DNA of 64,000 bases from Candidatus Taylorbacteria bacterium RIFCSPLOWO2_01_FULL_48_100 (GTDB lineage: Bacteria; Patescibacteriota; Minisyncoccia; Phycocordibacterales; UBA10002), in assembly GCA_001821135.1 (NCBI GenBank), contig MHSA01000021.1, forward strand, positions 3,956 through 67,955, read 5' to 3'. A program made the position numbers and the translations under genes. Below, piece after piece: positions 46,894 to 56,855 of the stretch (position 1 is its first letter; each line of letters starts with the position of its first letter). The notes beneath the pieces were generated by a model, which was not told where the DNA came from, searched no databases, and was given only the letters and a program-made list of their open reading frames with translations.

Positions 46894-46989
46894 CGGCTTT
46901 TCGCGATTTTCTCCCCCTTACGGGGGTAAGGCCGAAGCCACTTGTATCGCACATACTAGCAAAATCATTATTTCTTGTCAATAACACTT

Positions 46990-47604
46990 ATGAACACCCA
47001 TATTGCGCTCAAACAATTGGAAGAGTTAAAAAAGATCGGCGGCAAGCCGATGCGGCTTGCCGCCGAAGAATGGGATGCGGAATGGAAAACGCTCATTGCG
47101 ATAATACTTTCCGCGCGCACGCGCGATGAGACGACGATTGAAGTGTGTAAAAAGCTGTTTGCAAGATACGAAACGGCTGACGCGCTCACTCGCGCTCGCG
47201 CAGAAGAGGTCTCCGACATCATTCGCACAGTTAATTTTTACAAAAACAAAACGAGAAACATTATTGCGTGCGCTCGCACGCTCTCGGACGAATATGCCGG
47301 CGCGCCGCCACACGATATGGCGCAGTTGGTGGCGCTCCCTGGTGTTGGGCGCAAGACGGCGAATGTGTTTCTTGCAGAATACGGCGCGCCGGCAATCGGT
47401 GTTGATACGCATGTGTCCTACATTTCGCAAAAGCTCGGCTGGACGCCGCACAAAGACCCAGCGAAAATTGAAAAGGATTTAGAACATCTCTTCCCGCAAA
47501 AACATTGGCGTGTTCTTAATCAAACACTTGTTCGCTTTGGCAAGTCGCACACGAGCCGCAAAGAAAAAGACGCTATTTTGGAAGAAATACGGAATATCTT
47601 ATGA
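46990..47604 (+). CDS. nth: Endonuclease III (HhH-GPD) without Fe-S motif
   Basis: ILSARTRD, LPGVGRKTAN, VDTHV. Confidence 0.9.
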   Translation: MNTHIALKQLEELKKIGGKPMRLAAEEWDAEWKTLIAIILSARTRDETTIEVCKKLFARYETADALTRARAEEVSDIIRTVNFYKNKTRNIIACARTLSDEYAGAPPHDMAQLVALPGVGRKTANVFLAEYGAPAIGVDTHVSYISQKLGWTPHKDPAKIEKDLEHLFPQKHWRVLNQTLVRFGKSHTSRKEKDAILEEIRNIL

Positions 47605-47891
47605 CAAAAAGGTTTGTAAGAACAAAAGAAGATTTTATTTGCGAAAATTGTGGTGCGGAAGTAAATGGCAACGGCTACACAAATCATTGCTCCGAGTGCT
47701 TGTGGAGCAAGCATGTGGATGTTCACCCTGGCGACCGCGCGGAGCCGTGCGGCGGGCTTATGAAGCCCGTTTCGCTTGCAAAAAAACGAGAAAAGTTTTC
47801 AATTACGCACCAGTGTCTTCGGTGTGGCGCGGAGCGCCGCAATGTCGCTTCAGAAGGGGATAAAATAGAAGTGCTGTTGTCGGCTTTTTAA
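47601..47891 (+). CDS. RNHCP-domain Zn-binding protein
   Basis: FICENCG, TNHCSECLWSKHVD, PGDR, CLRCG. Confidence 0.9.
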   Translation: MTKRFVRTKEDFICENCGAEVNGNGYTNHCSECLWSKHVDVHPGDRAEPCGGLMKPVSLAKKREKFSITHQCLRCGAERRNVASEGDKIEVLLSAF

Positions 47892-49048
47892 TTTCCGCTT
47901 GTTTTGTAAATAACATCTGTCAGTTTTTTGCGGAGCAAGGGAGCAATCTGAATATTGAATTGTTCTGATAGGGAAGCGAGAGCGGCGTTTTTAAGTTCAT
48001 ACAAAGAAAAGCCCGCTTCTTCCGCAAATGCGCGCGCAATATAGTCGGTTGTCAGCGCGCGCACATCGCGCGTGTCCGTGTTGCCCTCTACAATCGCCGT
48101 GGTGATAAGCCCAACAAGCTCACCCGCGCCATCAACAACCGCGCCGCCGCTCGCGCCTTTTTGTGCGAGTAGGTTTCCTCCGAGCCCAATAATGTCAAGT
48201 GTGTCTTCGCCGAGCGTGTAGCGCGACTGTATGGTTGCAAACGACGACACACTGTACAACTCGCGCTGGACTGCAATGCCGCCGAGGAATCCTGCTGGGT
48301 AGCCCGCGGCGAGGAATGCGTCTCTGGTTTCAACTTCTAGTAATTTTTCTCGTAGTGGAATAAATGGAAATGAAGAGGGAAGTTGCGCGTTTGGGTTTGT
48401 GGTTTCTGTTACAAGTAGAAGCGCGTAGTCATTTTCTCCCCGTTCTTTTGGATTTTCTTCAAACAGGTTTTTTGCATTATCGGTAATCCAGCGCGGTGAA
48501 ATATAAAATACTTCCGCGCGATAGCGGTTCACTGCTGGGTTGCCAACACGAATGGTGCAATCAAGTAAATCGGACTTCTCGTCTCCAGAGGTTAACAAAA
48601 GATATTGTGCCACATGCGCGTTAGTAAGAATAATCCCGCGCGGGTCTATAAAAACACCGCTACCGGACAGCGGTTGAAATACATCCCCGTTTTTTGAGAC
48701 GCAAAGAACATTGGTGAGCGCGCCGCGCATTTTTTCGTTGATAGTATTCCAGTCAGGTTCAACTACGCTCGTCGTAGGAGGTATAGAGGGAAGTGGTATG
48801 GGTGTAGTAGCGACAGAAACAGGAATTTCTTTCTGTTTTGGTATTGGTGGCGCGGCAACTGGCGTTGTTGTTGGCGTTTCCACCATGTCTTCTGTGGCTG
48901 TACTGATGTTCTTGAGAACATCAGAATATACAGGAGTGGGCGAAGTGTTCAGCACATCTTGCTGTTGAAAGTTTTTAACCACGAGCGTCGTCGCGCCTCC
49001 AACTAGCGCGAGCAACAGAAACATCAGCAATTTTCCGAACAGAGTCAT
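47888..49048 (-). CDS. Membrane-anchored trypsin-like serine protease
   Basis: GSGV, LTNAHV, DYALL, GASGG. Confidence 0.88.
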   Translation of the reverse strand: MTLFGKLLMFLLLALVGGATTLVVKNFQQQDVLNTSPTPVYSDVLKNISTATEDMVETPTTTPVAAPPIPKQKEIPVSVATTPIPLPSIPPTTSVVEPDWNTINEKMRGALTNVLCVSKNGDVFQPLSGSGVFIDPRGIILTNAHVAQYLLLTSGDEKSDLLDCTIRVGNPAVNRYRAEVFYISPRWITDNAKNLFEENPKERGENDYALLLVTETTNPNAQLPSSFPFIPLREKLLEVETRDAFLAAGYPAGFLGGIAVQRELYSVSSFATIQSRYTLGEDTLDIIGLGGNLLAQKGASGGAVVDGAGELVGLITTAIVEGNTDTRDVRALTTDYIARAFAEEAGFSLYELKNAALASLSEQFNIQIAPLLRKKLTDVIYKTSGN

Positions 49049-49091
49049 TGAGGTTTCATTCTAGCAGAAATTTTGGTACGATTCCGTTGTC

Positions 49092-49162
49092 GCGGGCGTT
49101 GTATAATGGCAATACGCGACCCTTCCAAGGTTGAGACGCGAGTTCGATTCTCGCCGCCCGCA
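49092..49162 (+). tRNA. tRNA-Gly(TCC)
   Basis: Anticodon arm CGACC-CTTCCAA-GGTTG; GTTCGATTC. Confidence 0.95.
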
Positions 49163-49277
49163 AATTACAAATTCAGTTTTCCATCCGCCTGAGGCGGACG
49201 ATTCTCCCATCCCGCAAATAAGGAAAAATCCCCCGCTGGGGGATTTTTCCGGTTCCGCAAAAACAACATTCCGAGCG

Positions 49278-49550
49278 TTATTTCACAGCTTCCTTGAGCG
49301 CTTTCGCCGCGCGGAATTTCGGGACTTTCATTGCGGCTACTTGCACAGTTGCGCCTGTGCGCGGATTGCGCGCTTGGCGCGCCTCGCGCTGTTTAACCGA
49401 GAAAATACCGAGACCCGCGATAGAAACCTCCTCGCTATTCTTGAGCGAACCCACAATCGCGTCAACCACTTTGTCCACGACCGCCTCCGCCTGCACTTTG
49501 GTAGTGCCGAGCACTTCGTGTACTGCATCTGCAATGCCTTGTTTATTCAT
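49278..49550 (-). CDS. hup: DNA-binding protein HU
   Basis: MNKQ, GLGIF, ARNPRTG, PKFRAAKALKE. Confidence 0.95.
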   Translation of the reverse strand: MNKQGIADAVHEVLGTTKVQAEAVVDKVVDAIVGSLKNSEEVSIAGLGIFSVKQREARQARNPRTGATVQVAAMKVPKFRAAKALKEAVK

Positions 49551-49558
49551 AGGTGAAC

Positions 49559-49750
49559 ATACCAATATACGAATGATACGAATCTACAAATAGATACGAA
49601 TGATTTCGTAATTCAGTAGGAAAATAAATAATAATAAAGTATTAAAACGACTCACCTATTATCCCCCATTGGCGTTAGAATGCAAGGGTTTTTTGGGAAA
49701 TTAATATACGAATATACGAACAATACGAATCAACGAATGGCTACGAATAA
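49559..49750. repeat. Two solitary family A arms upstream of HU
   Basis: 49559-49603 and 49704-49750 TACGAAT arrays in the same orientation. Confidence 0.8.
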
Positions 49751-49791
49751 GGATAAATAGGGCTTAACAGAGCCATATTTTGCGATTTTGC

Positions 49792-49848
49792 TTGACTTCT
49801 ACAATCAGGTATGCTATACTAGATAGTAGCAAAATAAGGTTCTTTGAT
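49792..49848 (+). promoter_or_regulatory. Sigma70 promoter plus boxA-like motif
   Basis: TTGACT-17 nt-TATACT with TG; GTTCTTTGA at ~49839. Confidence 0.65.
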
Positions 49849-49990
49849 AGGGCTTCTTCACAGCGTTGAGGGCGGGGAGTTATTATTTTTTACTAAAACA
49901 ACCCTACCCTCGCCGCTGTGAGGAAGTAAACCCGCCTCCTCGGCGGGTCGCCGAAGAGGCGACAACAAAAACAAAAAGAAAGGCAAAAAA

Positions 49991-50122
49991 ATGAACGCCG
50001 CGCACAAGAAGTCCAAATTGGTCAAACGGATTGCCCGACTCGCCAAAAAGTACGGGCAAGGCCACAAATTTGTGGCCGAGGCGCAACAACGCCTCACGGT
50101 GCTGGAAGCCATCGCACAATAG
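49991..50122 (+). CDS. 43-aa basic small protein
   Basis: MNAAHKKSKLVKRIARLAKKYGQGHKFVAEAQQRLTVLEAIAQ; AAAGG RBS; upstream promoter. Confidence 0.5.
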   Translation: MNAAHKKSKLVKRIARLAKKYGQGHKFVAEAQQRLTVLEAIAQ

Positions 50123-50175
50123 CGGTGTGACTTTTCCAGCACCAAACGCACGGATTAAAAGTCCGTGCGTTTTTA

Positions 50176-51705
50176 TTATCTTGCATACTCCACCACCCGA
50201 TTCTCCCGAATTACCGTTACTTTAATTTCGCCAGGATATTTTAGTTCGTCTTCAATCTTTTTTGCTGTGTTTTTGGCGATATTTTTCGCTTCCAAGTCGG
50301 ACACCTCGGCTGATTTTACGAAAATGCGAATTTCGCGACCCGCTTGGAGCGCGTACGCCTTCTCAATACCGGGGGAGGAAGTCGCAATCCGTTCAAGGTC
50401 TTCTAATCGCTTCAAGTAATTTTCTACCGTGTCGCGCCGCGCGCCGGGCCGCGAGCCCGAAATGGCGTCCGCGACCTGCACAATCACCGACTCCGGCGTT
50501 TCAAACGGATACTCGCCGTGGTGTGCTTGCATCGCCTTCACCACTGCCTCGTCTACGCCGAACTTTTGCAAAATGCGCCGCCCGATTTCCACATGCGTGC
50601 CCTGCACCTCGTGGTCCATCGCCTTGCCGATGTCGTGAAGTAGCGCTCCCGCCTTCGCCACGGCGATATTCACACCAAGTTCCGCAGCAATCATACCCGC
50701 GATATGCGCCATCTCAATGGAGTGGTGTAGCACATTCTGGCCGTAGCTTGTGCGGAAGTGCAGACGCCCCAAAATTGCAATAACCTGCGGTGGGAGATTG
50801 ATAACCCCACACTCAAACGCCGCCTGCGTGCCCTTGTCTTTGATTATTTTGTTTATTTCTTGCTCCGCCTTTTCCACCATCTGTTCAATTTTTGCGGGCT
50901 GAATCCTGCCGTCAAGTATCAGATTCTCCAGCGCGACGCGCGCGATTTGCCTGCGAATCGGATTAAAAGACGAAATGGTAATTGCGCCAGGCGTATCGTC
51001 AACAATAACCTCCACGCCAGTCGCGCGCTCAAACGCCTTGATATTCCTGCCCTCCTTGCCGATAATTTTGCCTTTCGCGTCGTCGGAGGGGATGGATACG
51101 GAAGTAGTGAGCGAGTCCGCAGCGATATTGGTGCCTAATCGCTGTATGGCGGAAGTAATAATTTCCTGCGCTCGTCGCTCCAGCTTTTCCTCGCCGCCCT
51201 GCTCAAGCTTTTGCATCCTCATCAGAATATCCTCCTCGTTCTTTTTTTCCACTGCCGCGATGAGTTCTTTCTTCGCGTCTTCTTCCGAGAGGCGCGCCGC
51301 GCGTTCAAGTGCCGCGCGCTTTTCCATTTCCAGCGCGTCCGCGCGCTCCTTAATTTTCTTAATTTCAATAATCCGCGACTTCAGTTCTTCCGTTTCTTTG
51401 TCCAAATCCGACTGCCGTTTGTCCAATGTGTCCTCCCGCTTCACGAGCCGCTCCTCGCTTTTCTTGACCGAATCTTCTTTGACCCTCGCTTCATTGCGCG
51501 CTTCTTTGAGAATGCGCGCCGCTTCCTCTTCCGCCCTGAGCGTCAGTTTTTTTGATTCCTCCTGCCCTTTCAATTCAATTTCCTTCAACTTCAGCTCCAT
51601 AGAGCCCTTCTTGCCGAGGGAAATTAGAAAACGCAGGTACGCGCCTAGCCCGACCCCGAGAAGCCCCGAAGCCGCGGCGAGCGCAAGCACTAGTTTTAGA
51701 GACAT
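50176..51705 (-). CDS. rny: Ribonuclease Y
   Basis: TM + coiled coil, KGKIIGKEGRNI, RTSYGQN, LLHDIGK, AGREIR. Confidence 0.97.
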   Translation of the reverse strand: MSLKLVLALAAASGLLGVGLGAYLRFLISLGKKGSMELKLKEIELKGQEESKKLTLRAEEEAARILKEARNEARVKEDSVKKSEERLVKREDTLDKRQSDLDKETEELKSRIIEIKKIKERADALEMEKRAALERAARLSEEDAKKELIAAVEKKNEEDILMRMQKLEQGGEEKLERRAQEIITSAIQRLGTNIAADSLTTSVSIPSDDAKGKIIGKEGRNIKAFERATGVEVIVDDTPGAITISSFNPIRRQIARVALENLILDGRIQPAKIEQMVEKAEQEINKIIKDKGTQAAFECGVINLPPQVIAILGRLHFRTSYGQNVLHHSIEMAHIAGMIAAELGVNIAVAKAGALLHDIGKAMDHEVQGTHVEIGRRILQKFGVDEAVVKAMQAHHGEYPFETPESVIVQVADAISGSRPGARRDTVENYLKRLEDLERIATSSPGIEKAYALQAGREIRIFVKSAEVSDLEAKNIAKNTAKKIEDELKYPGEIKVTVIRENRVVEYAR

Positions 51706-51939
51706 TGTTGGTGTCCGGTAGAGTTCGCGGGAAAAAGAGCCGCCATTAGCAATGGGCGATTTAATTCACCAAGTATTGTTTTTCTGAATCCGACAACATT
51801 TTAGTAAGAATCTAAGCGCGCATAAGGGGACATTCCATAACCCGTTTCACCCCAAGACATAATTCAATTTAATAAGTTGATACGCCAATTTTTTAATTGA
51901 CCCTATCACTCTACTACAACTCACCCTTTTTTGCAAAAG

Positions 51940-52515
51940 TTATAGAATCTTATCAATCACCCCGTACTTTTTTGCTTCCTCGGTAGACATATAGTAGTCG
52001 CGCTCAACATCTTTTTCTATTTGTGCGACCGGTTGGCCTGTGTTTTCAGCAAGAATCTTGTTGAGTTTTTCACGAATTTTGATAATTTGTTTTGCGGTAA
52101 TTTCAATGTCCGTTGCTTGTCCCTGCGCGCCTCCGAGCGGCTGGTGAATCATAATTTCCGCGTTCGGGAGCGCGAAGCGCTTACCTTTTGCGCCAGAGGA
52201 AAGGATAATCGCCGCGCCGCTCGCCGCAAGCCCAACACACACAGTGGAAACATCGTTTTTTACATGATTCATCGTGTCCACAATCGCGAGCGTTGCGGTA
52301 ACAGAGCCGCCCGGCGAGTTCACATAGAGTGAAATGTCTTTTTTCGGGTCTTCGGATTGCAAGAAGAGGAGCTGGGCAATCACAATGTTTGCCGTGTAAT
52401 CCTCAATCGGCCCGCCGAGGAATATAATGTTTTCTTTCAGAAGACGCGAATAAATATCGTACGCGCGCTCGCCGTTTGTCGTCTTTTCTATGACGGTTGG
52501 AATTAAGATGGACAT
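51940..52515 (-). CDS. clpP: Clp protease proteolytic subunit
   Basis: [22 protein letters not shown]. Confidence 0.97.
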   Translation of the reverse strand: MSILIPTVIEKTTNGERAYDIYSRLLKENIIFLGGPIEDYTANIVIAQLLFLQSEDPKKDISLYVNSPGGSVTATLAIVDTMNHVKNDVSTVCVGLAASGAAIILSSGAKGKRFALPNAEIMIHQPLGGAQGQATDIEITAKQIIKIREKLNKILAENTGQPVAQIEKDVERDYYMSTEEAKKYGVIDKIL

Positions 52516-52573
52516 ATGTTTCTTGATTTACGAATAAGATAGGGGAGAGTATAGCAGAAATCTTTTTTTGTAT

Positions 52574-52813
52574 CTACTTACTTGTCCATACTCGCCACAT
52601 CTTTTTGTTTATTTTTGACTGGCGAATCATTATTTCCAATGTTCTAGGAGGGAAACTCTTTTGTCCGTGGAAATTTATATTTACAACCGCGCCTGTTAGT
52701 TCATTTACCCAATATTCATGCGAACCCTCGGTTTGCTTGTAAAAAACAAACCCGCGTTCAGACAAAAATCTTGTTACATCGCGATAGGTCCAATTAAAAA
52801 CTCCTCGCGGCAT
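52574..52813 (-). CDS. HicA-family toxin
   Basis: GF....GSH...H pattern, TLEIMIRQ. Confidence 0.8.
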   Translation of the reverse strand: MPRGVFNWTYRDVTRFLSERGFVFYKQTEGSHEYWVNELTGAVVNINFHGQKSFPPRTLEIMIRQSKINKKMWRVWTSK

Positions 52814-53126
52814 AGGGAGTAATAAGGAAATGATAAGGTGAACGAACTCGCTTCCTCCCACTCGTTGCAATAACGGCTTGGCGATATTTATCCCAGTATT
52901 CCTTTGGAGCATGTCGATTCAGCAAATCATCATTCATATTAAGTTTTCGCACTACTTTCAAATACCCTTCCGCCGCTTCAACGATACTTTCCATCAATGT
53001 GGCTGGGTCATTTCCCTCCTCGATAATATCTAGCGTCAAACAAACCCCTACATAGGTTTTGCCGTCTTTGTACACCAAAAACTCCATCGTTCCTTTTTCT
53101 TTTGTGTTTTTTGAACGCATCGTCAT
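52794..53126 (-). CDS. HicB-like antitoxin
   Basis: YVGVCLTLDIIEEG..EAAEGYL; overlaps hicA. Confidence 0.7.
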   Translation of the reverse strand: MTMRSKNTKEKGTMEFLVYKDGKTYVGVCLTLDIIEEGNDPATLMESIVEAAEGYLKVVRKLNMNDDLLNRHAPKEYWDKYRQAVIATSGRKRVRSPYHFLITPYAARSF

Positions 53127-53167
53127 ACGAGTAGAGTATAGCAAGTTGTTTGTTTATCAGCAATGCT

Positions 53168-53192
53168 AAACCCGCCAGTGGTTGGCGGGTTT
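53168..53192. terminator. Hairpin terminator
   Basis: AAACCCGCCA-GTGGT-TGGCGGGTTT. Confidence 0.65.
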
Positions 53193-53215
53193 GATTTCAA
53201 TCTTTTGTTGTATGC

Positions 53216-53494
53216 TTATTCCTGATTTAGCGCGTTCAGGTCTTCGTCCAAGTTGAGAGCGTCACCAGCGTTCAAGTCCGCTTCTATGTCGGAGAGTTCA
53301 TCCGATGCGCCCGCCGCGGCGTTCACTGCCGCCGACTCGTCAAAGTTGAGTTCGCCTTCCTCCTGCTGTAGTTTGCCGCCCCAGAAGTACAAAGCGCCGA
53401 GTACGAGAATCAAGATTACGATGATTGAGCCGATGAGCGCGCCAACGCCGCCCTTTTTCGGTTCTCCCATCGGCATTCCGTTTTGTGGTTCCAT
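53216..53494 (-). CDS. Small membrane-anchored acidic protein
   Basis: One TM, SDELSDIEADL. Confidence 0.7.
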   Translation of the reverse strand: MEPQNGMPMGEPKKGGVGALIGSIIVILILVLGALYFWGGKLQQEEGELNFDESAAVNAAAGASDELSDIEADLNAGDALNLDEDLNALNQE

Positions 53495-53523
53495 TTTCTT
53501 AAAAAATTAATTAATAATTAAAA

Positions 53524-54156
53524 TTATTTTGGCTTTACTGCGTTCCGTCCTGGCTTCAGGGAATTGACTGCGTCAACAAGCGCGGCGTGCGCGGACTTTA
53601 TTTTAGCTTCCGCGTTGCGCGCGGCTGTGGTTACTTGGGCGATTGACTCTTTGGTTGCGGTTTCCGCCGCTGTTTGCGCTTTCGCCTTCACTTCTTCAAT
53701 CGCCGTTTTTGCATCAGCAATTTTCACTTTTGCCGTTGCGACAAGCGATGTAGATAAATCGGTGTTGGTGCCTTGTGTTGCGAGTTTTGCAATACGCGAC
53801 TCAGTGCGCACGAGAAGTGCATCAATTGTTTTTGCTCGCGCTTCCAATTTACGAACAACATTCTGAAGTTGTGTCTTTTTGAGCGCGCTTATTTTTTCTT
53901 TTACTGCTTTCCGTTCCGTTTTAACTTCGTCTTTCTTTCCCGCAACACGCTCTTTGAGAGTTTGCACCTTTGCGCGGATTCCCGTTGTAGGTTTTGCTGT
54001 GGTCGGTGCGGCTTGCGTTTCTACCGGTGCGGCGGTTGTTTGAGCCGAATCTGTTGTTGCCTGTGCCGCATCTTGCGCGAACGCGAGACCCGCAACGAAG
54101 AGAAGCCCCGCGACTGCCGCCGCCTGAAACGGCAAGATTGTTTTTACATTTTGCAT
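53524..54156 (-). CDS. Secreted coiled-coil protein
   Basis: Signal peptide, Ala/Lys-rich helices. Confidence 0.7.
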   Translation of the reverse strand: MQNVKTILPFQAAAVAGLLFVAGLAFAQDAAQATTDSAQTTAAPVETQAAPTTAKPTTGIRAKVQTLKERVAGKKDEVKTERKAVKEKISALKKTQLQNVVRKLEARAKTIDALLVRTESRIAKLATQGTNTDLSTSLVATAKVKIADAKTAIEEVKAKAQTAAETATKESIAQVTTAARNAEAKIKSAHAALVDAVNSLKPGRNAVKPK

Positions 54157-54272
54157 ATTTTAATAATTTATTAACGACTAATTTTTAACAAATGTATTAT
54201 ACACACACACGCCTTTCCTGCGCAACCCTTGCGCCAAGCCGCTTTCTGTTTCATGGCGATAAGAAACGAGAC

Positions 54273-54368
54273 CTACCACGCGTCTTTGTTAACGCACGGA
54301 CATCTACCATCAACATCTTGTCTTTTGTTGCATATAACGCATTTTGTTTTTGCCCATTCAATCGGCAT
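54273..54368 (-). CDS. Possible 31-aa Cys-rich micro-protein
   Basis: MPIEWAKTKCVICNKRQDVDGRCPCVNKDAW (CxxC..CxC). Confidence 0.35.
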   Translation of the reverse strand: MPIEWAKTKCVICNKRQDVDGRCPCVNKDAW

Positions 54369-54540
54369 ATAGAGAGTAATTATTTCCGATTTCTTAAAAC
54401 ATGCTACACTCTTTTTGCGGACTGTTTTTAATGTTTCACCCATTGTTTGTTTGTGGTGTGCGATGTGCATGTTGTTAGTATATCAAAGAACACCGCACAA
54501 AACATAAATGACCACCCACAGATTGATTTTTGAGTACATA

Positions 54541-54570
54541 AAACGGCTCAGCGCGCGCTGAGCCGTTTTT
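54541..54570. terminator. Hairpin terminator
   Basis: AAACGGCTCAGCG-CG-CGCTGAGCCGTTT. Confidence 0.65.
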
Positions 54571-54676
54571 GTTTATTGTCTAATTCGCGCGAATTAGCAC
54601 ATATACATTGGTATAATAAAAGCCCGCGCTGGAGGGCTTTATGCGTGTTCGGACACGGGAGCTGTGCGAGCGATTT

Positions 54677-56674
54677 TTAAATCAAAAATGGTATCAAAAG
54701 CAGCGCGACAATATTTAGTATTTTAATCATTGGGTTAATGGCGGGACCTGCCGTATCTTTGTACGGGTCGCCGACGGTGTCGCCCGTAACCGCGGCTTTG
54801 TGCGCGTCGCTACCCTTGCCGCCATAATTTCCTTTTTCAATATATTTCTTTGCATTGTCCCACGCGCCGCCACCCGAGGTCATTGATATTGCGACGAAGA
54901 GTCCGGTGATGATTGAGCCGACAAGAAGTCCACCGAGTGCGGCTGGTCCCAGAGTGAAACCAACAATAATCGGCGCGGCGACGGGGATGAGCGCGGGGAG
55001 AATCATTTGTTTAATTGCGGCGGCGGTTACTATATCCACACATTTTGCATATTCTGGTTTGCCTGTGCCTTGCATAATTCCAGCAATCTCGCGGAACTGT
55101 CGCCGCACCTCTTCCACCACCTTGCCAGCGGTCTTGCCGACCGCCTCCATCGCAAGCGCGGCGAAGTAGTATGGTAGAAGCCCGCCTATGAATAGACCAA
55201 CAAGTACATTTGGGTCGCCGAGCGCGAACACAACTTCTGCGCCGAGTGAGCGCAAATCCTCCGCGTACGAAGCAAACAATACAAGCGCGGCGAGCCCCGC
55301 CGAGCCGATGGCGTAGCCCTTGGTAACGGCTTTCGTAGTATTACCGACAGCGTCAAGCGCGTCTGTAACTTCACGCACGCTTTCTGGAAGGTTCGCCATT
55401 TCCGCGATGCCTCCAGCATTGTCGGTAATCGGCCCGTACGCATCTATTGCAATAATAATTCCGGCGAGCGATAACATCGCCATTGCCGCAACGGCGATGC
55501 CGTAAAGCCCCGCAAAGTAGTACGCGCCGAGAAGCCCTGCGACAATCACAAGGAGCGGGAGCGCGGTCGCCTTCATAGAAATCGCAAGCCCTTGGATGAT
55601 GTTGGTGCCGTGTCCAGAAAGAGATGCGCGCGCGATGGACTGCACCGGCTTATGTGCTGTACCTGTGTAATATTCGGTAATCACGACTAGTGCGACAGTA
55701 ACGATGAGTCCGATTAGCGCGGAGAAGAAAAGATTAAGCGATGAATAGACGCTGTTCGCGCCCATAATGTAAGAAGTGATTGGGTAGAATACGATGGCGG
55801 ACAAAATGCCGCTGACCGCAAGTCCTTTATACAACGCGCCCATAATGTTTTTGCTTTGCGCGCCAATTCTCATAAACCAAGAACCAATGACGGACGCGAT
55901 AAGCGCGGCTCCGCCGATGGCGAGCGGGTAGAGAATTGCCGCAGAGCTTCCGGGAAAGATTAGCGAGCCGAGGAGAATTGCGGCAACTGAAGTAACCGCA
56001 TATGTCTCAAACAAGTCCGCGGCCATTCCGGCACAGTCGCCCACATTGTCGCCCACATTGTCGGCAATCACCGCAGGGTTGCGCGGGTCGTCTTCTGGAA
56101 TACCCGCTTCCACTTTGCCGACAAGGTCGGCACCGACATCTGCGGCTTTCGTAAATATGCCGCCGCCAAGCCGCGCGAAAACGGAAATGAGCGATGCGCC
56201 GAAGCCGAGCCCGATAAGTGCTTTAATGTCGCCAGTTGCCGCGTAAAAACCGGCGACACCAAGTAGCGCGAGCGCGGCGACGAGAATACCCGTTACCGAG
56301 CCGCCTTTCGCGGCGAGCGCGAGCGCGGGCGCGAGGCCGCCGCGCGCCGCTTCCGCAGTGCGCGCGTTCGCGCGTACCGATACGAACATACCGACATAGC
56401 CGGCGAGCGCTGAGAGGAACGCGCCTACTAGAAATCCTAGCGCGGTTGTCCAGTTAATCGCAAAACCGATAATTACAAAAAGAATTGTGGCGATACCGGC
56501 AATCGTTTTGTATTGGCGGTTGAGGTACGCATTCGCGCCTTCCTTAACCGCGTTGGAAATTTCCTGCATCCGCGCGTTTCCGGGGCTTGCCTTAAGAATG
56601 CGCGTGGTCAAAAACACTGCGTAGATAATGGCGGCAACTGACGAACTGATGGCGAATAAAATGATTGGGTTCAT
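54677..56674 (-). CDS. hppA: Membrane-bound H+-translocating pyrophosphatase (K+-independent type)
   Basis: [36 protein letters not shown]. Confidence 0.95.
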   Translation of the reverse strand: MNPIILFAISSSVAAIIYAVFLTTRILKASPGNARMQEISNAVKEGANAYLNRQYKTIAGIATILFVIIGFAINWTTALGFLVGAFLSALAGYVGMFVSVRANARTAEAARGGLAPALALAAKGGSVTGILVAALALLGVAGFYAATGDIKALIGLGFGASLISVFARLGGGIFTKAADVGADLVGKVEAGIPEDDPRNPAVIADNVGDNVGDCAGMAADLFETYAVTSVAAILLGSLIFPGSSAAILYPLAIGGAALIASVIGSWFMRIGAQSKNIMGALYKGLAVSGILSAIVFYPITSYIMGANSVYSSLNLFFSALIGLIVTVALVVITEYYTGTAHKPVQSIARASLSGHGTNIIQGLAISMKATALPLLVIVAGLLGAYYFAGLYGIAVAAMAMLSLAGIIIAIDAYGPITDNAGGIAEMANLPESVREVTDALDAVGNTTKAVTKGYAIGSAGLAALVLFASYAEDLRSLGAEVVFALGDPNVLVGLFIGGLLPYYFAALAMEAVGKTAGKVVEEVRRQFREIAGIMQGTGKPEYAKCVDIVTAAAIKQMILPALIPVAAPIIVGFTLGPAALGGLLVGSIITGLFVAISMTSGGGAWDNAKKYIEKGNYGGKGSDAHKAAVTGDTVGDPYKDTAGPAINPMIKILNIVALLLIPFLI

Positions 56675-56791
56675 CCCGTTAGAAGCAGGTCGCGGTCGCG
56701 GTACCGTTTGCTGCATAATGTTATAACGACCTTACTTTGTTAAATAATTAAACATCTCTACCATTAGTAAGCGACCGCGGCTTCTAACGGG
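56675..56791. mobile_element. MITE-like family C element abutting the hppA start
   Basis: TIRs CCCGTTAGAAGC / GCTTCTAACGGG; interior homologous to the 61562 copy. Confidence 0.8.
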
Positions 56792-56855
56792 ATAAATAAT
56801 ATCGGGATTGTAGCAGAAAAGACAGGACGCGCAATGCGTCCCGTTTTTTGTTTTT

